A stretch of DNA of 64,000 nt from Eledone cirrhosa. Lineage: Eukaryota. The stretch is from the NCBI GenBank assembly GCA_964016885.1, contig OZ024759.1, positions 6,386,001 to 6,450,000 on the forward strand, given 5' to 3'. The notes beneath the pieces were generated by a model. The model did no database searches. It was given only the letters and a program-made list of their open reading frames with translations, and was not told the DNA's origin. The translations under genes and the position numbers were made by a program. The first letter of the stretch is position 1. Each line of letters opens with the position of its first letter. Below are positions 23,351 through 35,514 of this stretch, one piece after another.

Positions 23351-23545
23351 TATATCAAGTAAGAATCTTTTCGAAACAGCGAGTGGGTTTGAAATTATTA
23401 GAAATGTAGGCTATCGCTGTATTTTGACTAAAGAAATTAAAGAAATTATTTAGCCTGATAGGATAGTCAAAATACAGCGATAGCCTACATTTCTAATAAT
23501 TTCAAACCCACTCGCTGTTTCGAAAATATTCTTACTTGATATATA
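23351..23545. repeat. About 80-bp inverted repeat embedded in (TA)n
   Basis: TCAAGTAAGAATCTTTTCGAAACAGCGAGTGGG...TTTTGACTA mirrored at 23464-23545. Confidence 0.85.
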
Positions 23546-23552
23546 TATATAG

Positions 23553-23644
<92 letters not shown>

Positions 23645-23645
23645 T

Positions 23646-23810
23646 CTAAGGTGGGTAAAATTCCCGAGATCCATGGACGAGTTCTCTCCAGCGGTCTCTG
23701 TCCCTCATTATCGCTGCCATGTCCTGCGTCTCCAACAGACCAGTGTCTGTCCTTAGGGCATCAACATATGTTAACCTTGGTCTTCCTCTTCTAGTGTGTC
23801 CAGACACAAA
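23646..23810 (-). mobile_element. RTE-like LINE 3' fragment (separate family)
   Basis: [19 protein letters not shown]...[11 protein letters not shown]. Confidence 0.7.
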
Positions 23811-23957
23811 TATATATATATATACACACATATATATATATATATATATATACAGACACACACACATATATATATATATACAGACACACATATATATATA
23901 TACAGACAGACATATATATATATATACAGACAGACATATATGTATATATATATACAG

Positions 23958-24036
<79 letters not shown>

Positions 24037-24107
24037 CAGACACACACACATATATATATATATATACAGACACACACATATATATATATATATATACAGA
24101 CACACAA

Positions 24108-24166
<59 letters not shown>

Positions 24167-24204
24167 CACACACATGCATATATATATATATACAGACACA
24201 CACA

Positions 24205-24252
<48 letters not shown>

Positions 24253-24394
24253 CACACATATATATATATATTCAGACACATTAAATATTTCTCCACATGA
24301 AAAGAAAGAAATATTAGCTGGATACTCGAACAACACCAACAACAACAATAATATACATAGCAACAACAACAACAACAACAACAACTAATTAACC

Positions 24395-24680
24395 TTTACC
24401 AGGATTTAAAGTGAGAATTAAAAAGGACTTGGGACTGTTGTGAGATGAAGGTCGTCCGATTGTCACAGGAGCACTAGGGACTGTCTCGAAGAGTTTCCAA
24501 GGATGGTTAAACAACATTAGTCCAGCCCCGTTTTTTGGAAAAGTTCAAAAGACATGCTTGCTTGGAACAGCAACAACCCTCTGAAACGTCCTGAATATCT
24601 GAGGCTGCAGGTAGCGACTTGATGTTATTTGAACAAACTTTCCAGTTAAATAACATCAGTGACTGAGACTCCAAGAACAA
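24395..24680 (+). mobile_element. Degenerate Dong/R4 3' fragment
   Basis: Homologous to 13620-13900 including GTCCTGAATATCTGAGGCTGCAGGTAG and the 3' UTR; followed by (TAA)n. Confidence 0.8.
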
Positions 24681-24824
24681 TAATAATAGTTTCTGATTTA
24701 GGAACAAGGCTAGCCATTTTTTTTTGGGGGGGGGGGGGGTGATTAAATTGACCCCAGTACATTACTGGTACTTTATCGAACCCCGTAAGGATGAATGGCA
24801 AAGATAACCTTTAGGCACAAGATG

Positions 24825-24893
24825 CAACCATAACAACAACAGCAACAATAACAACAACAACAGCCACGCTATCAACAACAGCAACAACAATAA

Positions 24894-24979
<86 letters not shown>

Positions 24980-25024
24980 GCCACACTATCAACAACAATA
25001 ACAACAACAACAGCAACAACAACG

Positions 25025-25057
<33 letters not shown>

Positions 25058-25170
25058 GCCGCGCTATCAACAACAATAACAACAACAACAGCAGCAACAA
25101 CAACAACAACAACAACAACAACAGCCACACTATCAACAACAATAACAACAGCAACAACAACAGCAACAGC

Positions 25171-25201
<31 letters not shown>

Positions 25202-25356
25202 GCAGCCACACTATCAACAACAACAACAACAATAACATCAACAACAGCAACAGCAATAAGAACAACTACAACAGCAACAACAGCAACAACAACAACAATA
25301 AGAACAGCAACAACAACAACAACAACAACAACAACAGCCGCGCTATCAACAACAAT

Positions 25357-25402
<46 letters not shown>

Positions 25403-25495
25403 GCCGCGCTATCAACAACAATAACATCAACAACAGCAACAACAGCAACAACAACAATAAGAACGACAGCAACAACAGCAACAACAACAACAATG
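24825..25495. repeat. (CAA)n microsatellite with recurrent AGCC(A/G)C(A/G)CTATC insert
   Basis: Directly visible. Confidence 0.95.
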
Positions 25496-25606
25496 CAATG
25501 TGTTGTAGGAGTTAGTATTGTTGTCGACATTCCAACATTCACCCAATTCTATGTCAGTTTTTTTGTTTCATTGAAATCTCTTTGATAAAGGTTGGTGTGG
25601 CGTTGC

Positions 25607-28110
25607 TACCCAGTGTCATCGGTAATGGTCTTATCTGCGGTACCCAGCCTCTTTACCAGGTGCCCAGTGTGACACTACAGTCCTTGTCACTCCCCCTCCC
25701 TTCTCTATATATTCCTATTTTACAATCCATTCTACCCAGTGTCATCGGTAATGGTCTTATCTGCGGTACCCAGCCTCTTTACCAGGTGCCCAGTGTGACA
25801 CTACAGTCCTTGTCACTCCCCCTCCCTTCTCTATATATTCCTATTTTACAATCCATTCTACCCAGTGTCATCGGTAATGGTCTTATCTGCGGTACCCAGC
25901 CTCTTTACCAGGTGCCCAGTGTGACACTACAGTCCTTGTCACTCCCCCTCCCTTCTCTATATATTCCTATTTTACAATCCATTCTACCCAGTGTCATCGG
26001 TAATGGTCTTATCTGCGGTACCCAGCCTCTTTACCAGGTGCCCAGTGTGACACTACAGTCCTTGTCACTCCCCCTCCCTTCTCTATATATTCCTATTTTA
26101 CAATCCATTCTACCCAATGACATCGGGAATGGTCTTATCTGCGGTACCCAGCCTCTTTACCAGGTGCCCAGTGTGACACTACAGTCCTTGTCACTCCCCC
26201 TCCCTTCTCTATATATTCCTATTTTACAATCCATTCTACCCAGTGTCATCGGGAATGGTCTTATCTGCGGTACCCAGCCTCTTTACCAGGTGCCCAGTGT
26301 GACACTACAGTCCTTGTCACTCCCCCTCCCTTCTCTATATATTCCTATTTTACAATCCATTCTACCCAATGACATCGGGAATGGTCTTATCTGCGGTACC
26401 CAGCCTCTTTACCAGGTGCCCAGTGTGACACTACAGTCCTTGTCACTCCCCCTCCCTTCTCTATATATTCCTATTTTACAATCCATTCTACCCAATGTCA
26501 TCGGGAATGGTCTTATCTGCGGTACCCAGCCTCTTTACCAGGTGCCCAGTGTGACACTACAGTCCTTGTCACTCCCCCTCCCTTCTCTATATATTCCTAT
26601 TTTACAATCCATTCTACCCAATGACATCGGGAATGGTCTTATCTGCGGTACCCAGCCTCTTTACCAGGTGCCCAGTGTGACACTACAGTCCTTGTCACTC
26701 CCCCTCCCTTCTCTATATATTCCTATTTTACAATCCATTCTACCCAATGTCATCGGTAATGGTCTTATCTGCGGTACCCAGCCTCTTTACCAGGTGCCCA
26801 GTGTGACACTACAGTCCTTGTCACTCCCCCTCCCTTCTCTATATATTCCTATTTTACAATCCATTCTACCCAGTGTCATCGGGAATGGTCTTATCTGCGG
26901 TACCCAGCCTCTTTACCAGGTGCCCAGTGTGACACTACAGTCCTTGTCACTCCCCCTCCCTTCTCTATATATTCCTATTTTACAATCCATTCTACCCAGT
27001 GTCATCGGGAATGGTCTTATCTGCGGTACCCAGCCTCTTTACCAGGTGCCCAGTGTGACACTACAGTCCTTGTCACTCCCCCTCCCTTCTCTATATATTC
27101 CTATTTTACAATCCATTCTACCCAGTGTCATCGGGAATGGTCTTATCTGCGGTACCCAGCCTCTTTACCAGGTGCCCAGTGTGACACTACAGTCCTTGTC
27201 ACTCCCCCTCCCTTCTCTATATATTCCTATTTTACAATCCATTCTACCCAGTGTCATCGGGAATGGTCTTATCTGCGGTACCCAGCCTCTTTACCAGGTG
27301 CCCAGTGTGACACTACAGTCCTTGTCACTCCCCCTCCCTTCTCTATATATTCCTATTTTACAATCCATTCTACCCAGTGTCATCGGGAATGGTCTTATCT
27401 GCGGTACCCAGCCTCTTTACCAGGTGCCCAGTGTGACACTACAGTCCTTGTCACTCCCCCTCTCTTCTCTATATATTCCTATTTTACAATCCATTCTACC
27501 CAGTGTCATCGGTAATGGTCTTATCTGCGGTACCCAGCCTCTTTACCAGGTGCCCAGTGTGACACTACAGTCCTTGTCACTCCCCCTCTCTTCTCTATAT
27601 ATTCCTATTTTACAATCCATTCTACCCAGTGTCATCGGTAATGGTCTTATCTGCGGTACCCAGCCTCTTTACCAGGTGCCCAGTGTGACACTACAGTCCT
27701 TGTCACTCCCCCTCCCTTCTCTATATATTCCTATTTTACAATCCATTCTACCCAGTGTCATCGGTAATGGTCTTATCTGCGGTACCCAGCCTCTTTACCA
27801 GGTGCCCAGTGTGACACTACAGTCCTTGTCACTCCCCCTCCCTTCTCTATATATTCCTATTTTACAATCCATTCTACCCAGTGGCATCGGGAATGGTCTT
27901 ATCTGCGGTACCCAGCCTCTTTACCAGGTGCCCAGTGTGACACTACAGTCCTTGTCACTCCCCCTCCCTTCTCTATATATTCCTATTTTACAATCCATTC
28001 TACCCAGTGGCATCGGGAATGGTCTTATCTGCGGTACCCAGCCTCTTTACCAGGTGCCCAGTGTGACACTACAGTCCTTGTCACTCCCCCTCCCTTCTCT
28101 ATATATTCCT
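25607..28110. repeat. 126-bp minisatellite, about 20 highly homogeneous copies
   Basis: Unit TACCCAGTGTCATCGGTAATGG...TTTTACAATCCATTC; produces the 42-aa periodic ORF 25582-28179. Confidence 0.97.
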
Positions 28111-28220
28111 ATTAAACTATTTATATTTCGTTTTTGTATTCATTTTCTAAGATTTTTTCTATGTGAAAACGTTTGTTGAAACAGATATTTGTTAGACAGG
28201 AGAAAATCATTGAACAGCTG

Positions 28221-28362
28221 TTAACCCTTTAGCAGTTAAACCGGCCGTATCTGGCTACAATTCTCTCTCCTCTTTCTGTTCAACCCGGTCATAATTGGCT
28301 ACTCATACTGATGTTAAGGTATTGTTCTCAAAATAAATAATTTCAAAATTTCAATAATTCAA
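28221..28362 (+). mobile_element. piggyBac-like MITE left end
   Basis: TTAA|CCCTTTAGCAGTTAAACCGGCC; partner TIR not found nearby. Confidence 0.45.
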
Positions 28363-29790
28363 TATTATGTGAGGTAAAGCCTTTACCATGAAAATACAAT
28401 AGTATATATAGAGTAATGTAAATGTTGTGTGAGGTATTATGTGAGGTAAAGCCTTTACTGTGAAAATACAATAGTATATATAGAGTAATGTAAATGTTAT
28501 GTGAGGTATTATGTGAGGTAAAGCCTTTACTGTGAAATACAATAGTATATATAGAGTAATGTAAATGTTGTGTGAGGTATTATGTGAGGTAAAGCCTTTA
28601 CTGTGAAAATACAATAGTATATATAGAGTAATGTAAATGTTATGTGAGGTATTATGTGAGGTAAAGCCTTTACTGTGAAATACAATAGTATATATAGAGT
28701 AATGTAAATGTTATGTGAGATATTATGTGAGGTAAAGCCTTTACTGTGACAATACAATAGTATATATAGAGTAATGTAAATGTTATGTGAGATATTATGT
28801 GAGGTAAAGCCTTTACTGTGAAAATACAATAGTATATATAGAGTAATGTAAATGTTATGTGAGGTATTATGTGAGGTAAAGCCTTTACTGTGAAAATACA
28901 ATAGTATATATAGAGTAATGTAAATGTTATGTGAGATATTATGTGAGGTAAAGCCTTTACTGTGACAATACAATAGTATATATAGAGTAATGTAAATGTT
29001 ATGTGAGATATTATGTGAGGTAAAGCCTTTACTGTGACAATACAATAGTATATATAGAGTAATGTAAATGTTATGAGAGATATTATGTGAGGTAAAGCCT
29101 TTACTGTGACAATACAATAGTATATATAGAGTAATGTAAATGTTATGTGAGGTATTATGTGAGGTAAAGCCTTTACTGTGACAATACAATAGTATATATA
29201 GAGTAATGTAAATGTTATGTGAGGTATTATGTGAGGTAAAGCCTTTACTGTGACAATACAATAGTATATATAGAGTAATGTAAATGTTATGTGAGATATT
29301 ATGTGAGGTAAAGCCTTTACTGTGACAATACAATAGTATATATAGAGTAATGTAAATGTTATGTGAGGTATTATGTGAGGTAAAGCCTTTACTGTGACAA
29401 TACAATAGTATATATAGAGTAATGTAAATGTTATGTGAGATATTATGTGAGGTAAAGCCTTTACTGTGACAATACAATAGTATATATAGAGTAATGTAAA
29501 TGTTATGTGAGGTATTATGTGAGGTAAAGCCTTTACTGTGACAATACAATAGTATATATAGAGTAATGTAAATGTTATGTGAGATATTATGTGAGGTAAA
29601 GCCTTTACTGTGACAATACAATAGTATATATAGAATAATGTAAATGTTATGTGAGGTATTATGTGAGGTAAAGCCTTTACTGTGACAATACAATAGTATA
29701 TATAGAGTAATGTAAATGTTATGTGAGATATTATGTGAGGTAAAGCCTTTACTGTGACAATACAATAGTATATATAGAGTAATGTAAATG
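28363..29790. repeat. 72-bp minisatellite, about 20 copies
   Basis: Unit TATTATGTGAGGTAAAGCCTTTACTGTGACAATACAATAGTATATATAGAGTAATGTAAATGTTATGTGAG(A/G), with a few 71-bp variants. Confidence 0.97.
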
Positions 29791-29799
29791 GTAAAGGGT

Positions 29800-29971
29800 G
29801 ATGGTAGTAGTGGTGGTGGTGGTGGTGATAGTAGTGGTGAGGGTGATAGTGGTGGTGGTGATAGTAGTGGTGGTGGTGGTGGTGGAGGTGGTGGTGGTAT
29901 AGTGATGGTGGTGGTATAGTGGTGGTGGTGGTGGTGGTATAGTGGTGGTAGTGGTGATGGTGGTGGTGGTA

Positions 29972-30022
<51 letters not shown>
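29800..30022. repeat. (GGT)n/(TAG)n microsatellite
   Basis: Directly visible. Confidence 0.9.
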
Positions 30023-30023
<1 letters not shown>

Positions 30024-30361
30024 CATACCAGATGTGTTTGTTATGTAATATTGTGTGGTCAGGAAAGTGAGAAAAATTGTTAATATATCCACAAAAGAGA
30101 TAAGATTCACTTCTGTATAGAATTACCATAGTTTGCTTAGCAACAGGATGTGACAAATTAGATAAAAAACACCTCAGATATTAGCAGGAAATACCAGGAA
30201 AATATACCAGGAAAATATAAAACGTTTATATAGAAAATAGGAATGGTCCTACAATAAAAAGAGTTGTATTTTGACTATTGTAATAAGACAGGATTTAACC
30301 TCTTCAGTGTGGAGATAACTCATCCTAACATGTTTGAACTCCTAATAATAATAATAATAAT

Positions 30362-30550
30362 AATTGTTTCTACTTTTGGCACAAGGCCAGCAATTATATC
30401 CCAGTATATTACTGGTACTTTATTTTATCGACCCCCGTAAGGATGAAAGGCAAAGTCAACCTCGGCGGGACTTGAACTCAGATCGTAAAGGGACGTAACT
30501 ATGCTGGAAAGCATGGCGTCCGACCCTCTACCAATACTCCCAATCCACCG
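30362..30550 (-). mobile_element. tRNA-derived SINE
   Basis: Reverse copy of 2579-2761, set in (TAA)n. Confidence 0.88.
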
Positions 30551-30559
30551 ATAATAATG

Positions 30560-32310
30560 CTTTCTTTATTAACCACAAGGGTTTACACAAAGTAGACATT
30601 AAGGACAGTACAGGACAATACAGGACAATACAGGACAATAGAGGATGGTACAAATGGACATTTCTGTGTGTAAAAACAAAAACAGAGGATGTAACTAAAA
30701 AAAGAAACAATGAAAAATTCCCCAATAGGGGGGAGACTTCCGAGGGACATTCGTTGAGAAAGCCCATTAAAAAAGCCACGGTGACGCTGACCACCAGGGC
30801 AAGTGCCCTCTCCCAGTTTTCCACCTTCAATTTACAGACACATACTCAGAGTAGGCCCATTCACTCGGGCCATACTTGCTTCTCTCTCACCCATCTTTCA
30901 ACAAAAAGCTGGGAAGAGAGCACTTCCCTCTCTACCCTGATTTTTCCTTTTCAAATGAAATTTGAAAAAGTTAATCAGGGCATCACCGAAGAGGTAAGTG
31001 CTCGTCTTCAGCCCTTTCAAACACGTCCACCATACTATCTCTTTTGCCATGGCCACCACACTGCCTGCCCTTCCTGGCTAAAGAGGGCGGGGCAATCCTC
31101 ACGATGGACTCAGATGATAGCCGGATCCGTTCTACACGCGACAGCAGGTGTTCGACATAAACTCACAAGTCAGCAATGCTCGGACACTGGACGAGTGCGT
31201 GCAAGATGGTTTCATCGCCCTGTGTGGATCTTGAACATGCCCGGCTGACGGCACTTCCATGCCTGTAGAGTTTATCCTGAACTGGCAAAGCTCCTCGGTA
31301 GCACTGCCAGGCCAGGGATTTCTGGAAGTTGTCCATAGGCCCCAGCCATAAATTTCTCCCAAAGAGATTGGCTAGTTGATTTTTGTCGATGCCCAGAGTC
31401 TCCCCAAGTACATCGTCACACTGCCCCTCCACTAATCCTCTATAGAATGCCGAGGTGGAGTTTCCACCAATATTGCACGACTGGTTGAGGGCTGTGAGCG
31501 CCCGAAGACATTCCAGTCTCCAAGCGCTCCCTCTTGGTCTTCGCTTGACCCAGGACTGCAGCTCCGTCAAGGAGACGAGCTGGGGAAACACGCAACTAGC
31601 AAAGGACGACCACACCTGATCACCGTCAAGGAAGAGGTGGAGATGTCATAGCCTGAGAGCGTTTCTGCGCATCATCAGCCACGGCATACCCAGCCCTCCA
31701 CGTAGCGGTTGTTGACAGCAGATGAACCACCTGACCATCAGAGCATGTCCCTTCCACAAAAAGTGAAAGAGCAAACGTTCCAGTCAGGCGAGGCTTAGGA
31801 CAAGGCACGACAGTCAGGCGTAGTAGATGACGGACGTGATGCATGCATTCGCCACCTCCGCTCGACCTTTCAGGGATAACTTCCTCTCTGCCCATTTCTG
31901 GGTGAGAGAAGCCACCCTGCTCATCCCTCAACCCAGTTTTTGTCCGTCTGGAGGTTTGGATTGAACCAGACCCCTAGAAATTTAACTGGTCTGTCCGTCC
32001 AGCGCCTGACGACGCTGTTGGACAGCATGGACCTGCATCTCCAGACTTTTCCAGGTTGATCACTGCTCCTCTCACTGACTCGTATTCTCTTAGTGTAGTG
32101 CCAATCACCTCGATGTGTTTGGCGTTCGACACCACTACAGTGGCATCGTCTGCATATGCTGACACAGATCTTCCGCATCACAGTTCACGCCCCCCCCCCC
32201 CCCTCAACGTCTCCAGTTTGTGCAGTAATGGCTCGAAAGTCAATACGTACAACAGGGACGAGAGGGGACATCCTTGGCGGACCGAGCGCATGATGTTGAA
32301 CGGTTGTGAA
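30560..32310 (-). mobile_element. Degenerate L1/Tx1-clade LINE 3' half
   Basis: SVRQGCPLSSLLYVLTFEPL, SAYADDATV, VKFLGVWF, SLAWQCYRGALPV...ETILHALVQCP; multiple frameshifts; 5' side abuts (GGT)n. Confidence 0.8.
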
Positions 32311-32311
32311 A

Positions 32312-34990
32312 GGTGGTGGTGGTGGTGGTGGTGGTGGTGGTGGTGGTGTTGGTGGTGTTGGTGGTGGTGGTGGTGGTGGTGGTGGTGGTGGTGTTGGTGG
32401 TGTTGGTGGTGGTGGTGGTGGTGGTGGTGGTGGTGGTGGTGGTGGTGGTGGTGGTGGTGGTGGTGGTGGTAGTGGTGGTGGTGGTGGTGTTGGTGGTGGT
32501 GGTGGTGGTGGTGGTGGTAGTGGTGGTGGTAGTGGTGGTGGTGGTGGTGGTGGTGGTAGTGGTGGTGGTGGTGGTGGTGGTGGTGGTGGTGGTGGTGGTG
32601 GTGGTCGTGTTGGTGGTGGTGGTGGTGGTGGTGTTGGTGGTGTTGGTGGTGGTGGTGGTGGTGGTGGTGGTGGTGGTGGTGGTGGTGTTGGTGGTGGTGG
32701 TGGTGGTGGTGGTGGTGGTGGTGGTGGTGGTGGTGGTGGTGGTGGTGGTGGTCGTGTTGGTGGTCGTGTTGGTGGTGGTGGTGGTGGTGGTGTTGGTGGT
32801 GTTGGTGGTGGTGGTGGTGGTGGTGGTGGTGGTGGTGGTGGTGGTGTTGGTGGTGGTGGTGGTGGTGGTGGTGGTGGTGGTGGTGGTGGTGGTGGTGGTG
32901 GTGGTGGTGGTGGTGGTGGTGTTGGTGGTGGTGGTGGTGGTGGTGGTGGTGGTCGTGTTGGTGGTGGTGGTGGTGGTGGTGTTGGTGGTGTTGGTGGTGG
33001 TGGTGGTGGTGGTGGTGGTGGTGGTGGTGGTGGTGTTGGTGGTGGTGGTGGTGGTGGTGGTGGTGGTGGTGGTGGTGGTGGTGGTGGTGGTGGTGGTGGT
33101 GGTGGTGGTGGTGGTGGTGGTGTTGGTGGTGGTGGTGGTGGTGGTGGTGGTGGTGGTGGTGGTGGTGGTGGTGGTGGTGGTGGTGTTGGTGGTGGTGGTG
33201 GTGGTGGTGGTGGTGGTGGTGGTGGTGGTGGTGGTGGTGGTGGTGGTGGTCGTGTTGGGGGTGGTGGTGGTGGTGGTGTTGGTGGTGGTGGTGGTGGTGG
33301 TGGTGGTGGTGGTGGTGGTGGTGGTGGTGGTGGTGTTGGTGGTGGTGGTGGTGTTGGTGGTGTTGGTGGTCGTGGTGGTGGTGGTGGTGTTGGTGGTGGT
33401 GGTGGTGGTGGTGGTGGTGGTGGTGGTGGTGTTGGTGGTGGTGGTGGTGGTGGTGGTGGTGGTGGTGGTGGTGGTGGTCGTGTTGGTGGTGGTGGTGGTG
33501 GTGGTGTTGGTGGTGGTGGTGGTGGTGGTGGTGGTGGTGGTGGTGGTGTTGGTGGTGGTGGTGGTGGTGGTGGTGGTGGTGGTGGTGGTGGTGGTCGTGT
33601 TGGTGGTGGTGGTGGTGGTGGTGTTGGTGGTGGTGGTGGTGGTGGTGGTGGTGGTGGTGGTCGTGGTGGTGGTGGTGGTGGTGTTGGTGGTGGTGGTGGT
33701 GGTGGTGATGGTGGTCGTGGTGGTGGTGGTGTTGGTGGTGGTGGTGGTGGTGGTGGTGGTGGTGGTGGTGGTGGTGGTAGTGGTGGTGGTAGTGGTGGTG
33801 GTAGTGGTGGTGGTGGTGGTGGTGGTGGTGGTAGTGGTGGTGGTGGTGGTGGTGGTGGTGGTGGTGGTGGTGGTGGTGGTGGTAGTTGTGGTGGTGGTGG
33901 TGGTGGTGGTGGTGGTGTTGGTGGTGGTGGTGGTCATGGTGGTGTTGGTGGTGGTGGTGGTCATGGTGGTGTTGGTGGTGGTGGTGGTGGTGGTGGTGGT
34001 GGTGGTGGTGGTAGTGGTGGTGGTGGTGGTGGTGGTGTTGGTGGTGGTGGTGGTCGTGGTGGTGTTGGTGGTGTTGGTGGTCGTGGTGGTGGTGTTGGTG
34101 GTGGTGGTGGTGGTGGTGGTGGTGTTGGTGGTGGTGGTGGTGGTGGTGTTGGTGGTGTTGGTGGTCGTGGTGGTCATGGTGGTCGTGGTCGTGGTGGTGG
34201 TGGTGATGGTGGTAGTAGTGGTGGTGGTGATGGTGGTCGTGGTGGTGGTGGTGGTGGTGGTGGTGGTAGTGGTGGTGGTAGTGGTGGTGGTAGTGGTGGT
34301 GGTGGTGGTGGTGGTGGTGGTGGTAGTGGTGGTGGTGGTGGTAGTTGTGGTGGTGGTGGTCATGGTGGTCGTGGTCGTGGTGGTGGTGGTGATGGTGGTA
34401 GTAGTGGTGGTGGTGATGGTGGTCGTGGTGGTGGTCGTGGTAGTGGTGGTGGTAGTGGTGGTGGTAGTGGTGGTGGTAGTGGTGGTGGTGGTGGTGGTGG
34501 TGGTGGTAGTGGTGGTGGTGGTGGTAGTTGTGGTGGTGGTGGTGGTGGTGGTCATGGTGGTGGTGGTGATGGTGGTCGTGGTGGTAGTGGTGGTGGTGGT
34601 AGTGGTGGTGGTGGTGGTGGTGGTGTTGGTGGTGGTGGTGGTGGTGGTGGTGTTGGTGGTGTTGGTGGTCGTGGTGGTCATGGTGGTCGTGGTCGTGGTG
34701 GTGGTGGTGATGGTGGTAGTAGTGGTGGTGGTGATGGTGGTCGTGGTGGTGGTGGTGGTGGTGGTGGTGGTAGTGGTGGTGGTAGTGGTGGTGGTAGTGG
34801 TGGTGGTGGTGGTGGTGGTGGTGGTGGTAGTGGTGGTGGTGGTGGTAGTTGTGGTGGTGGTGGTGGTGGTGGTGGTCGTGGTGGTCGTGGTGATGGTGGT
34901 GGTGGTGGTGGTGGTGGTAGTGGTGGTGGTAGTGGTGGTGGTGGTGGTGGTGGTGGTGGTAGTGGTGGTGGTAGTGGTGGTGGTGGTGGT
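32312..34990. repeat. (GGT)n microsatellite, about 2.7 kb
   Basis: Directly visible; GTT/CGT/AGT/GAT variant triplets form higher-order blocks. Confidence 0.97.
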
Positions 34991-35356
34991 GAACGCAGAA
35001 GTAAATATTTCGAAAAACGTTGCAACCGAGGGTAAACAGGAAGACGGTACTTTGGTTCGTGAAGACGTTGAATGAATGGAAAATAGCGAAATAATACGTC
35101 ATCAATGTTCGTCAGAATGTCGTAATACAGACAGCCAGACATACAGACAGATATTATAAGAGTGCTACAGAGATGGATAACCGGCACCTAACACCCCTTT
35201 GACAACAGAAAATTGAAAAATAAAAGCTGCACTTAATCTCTTTAGACCGCAAGGAATATATAAAGTTTGAAGTCGGAGTAGAAATGTGGATTTGTATAGA
35301 CTTTATAAAAATGAGGACACACACACACAGACAACATCAGTTTTATATATATAGAG
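34991..35356 (-). mobile_element. Helitron/Helentron-like 5' fragment
   Basis: Minus strand begins TCTCTATATATATAAAACTGATGTTGTCTGTGTGTG, with an internal CTGTCTGT-type microsatellite. Confidence 0.4.
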
Positions 35357-35514
35357 ATATATATATATATACACACACATTTGTGTGTGTGTATATATAT
35401 AGATATATATATATATACACGCATTTATGTGTGTATATATATTTGCAGAATCAATCAAATTGTAATTATAAATAGTTGTAAGTAGTAATTAACAAACATT
35501 ACATTTCATTCCAT

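Noticed and set aside
25607-28110. Tandem hammerhead satellite in the 126-bp unit (CCGATGA...GAAT on the minus strand)
   Set aside because: The core deviates from CUGANGA/GAAA and stems II and III cannot be formed.
28527-30110. 527-aa ORF with a 24-aa repeat
   Set aside because: Product of the 72-bp array and adjacent microsatellites; 71-bp units break the frame.
30029-30248. Possible host exon on the minus strand (TTTTTATTGTAG acceptor, TG|GTATGA donor)
   Set aside because: All three frames contain stops; at most a non-coding or pseudo-exon, which cannot be supported without RNA data.
30296-30342. piggyBac-like end TTAACCTCTTCAGTG, also at about 63696-63750
   Set aside because: Both copies are in the same orientation, short, and lack a partner TIR, so no element can be delimited.
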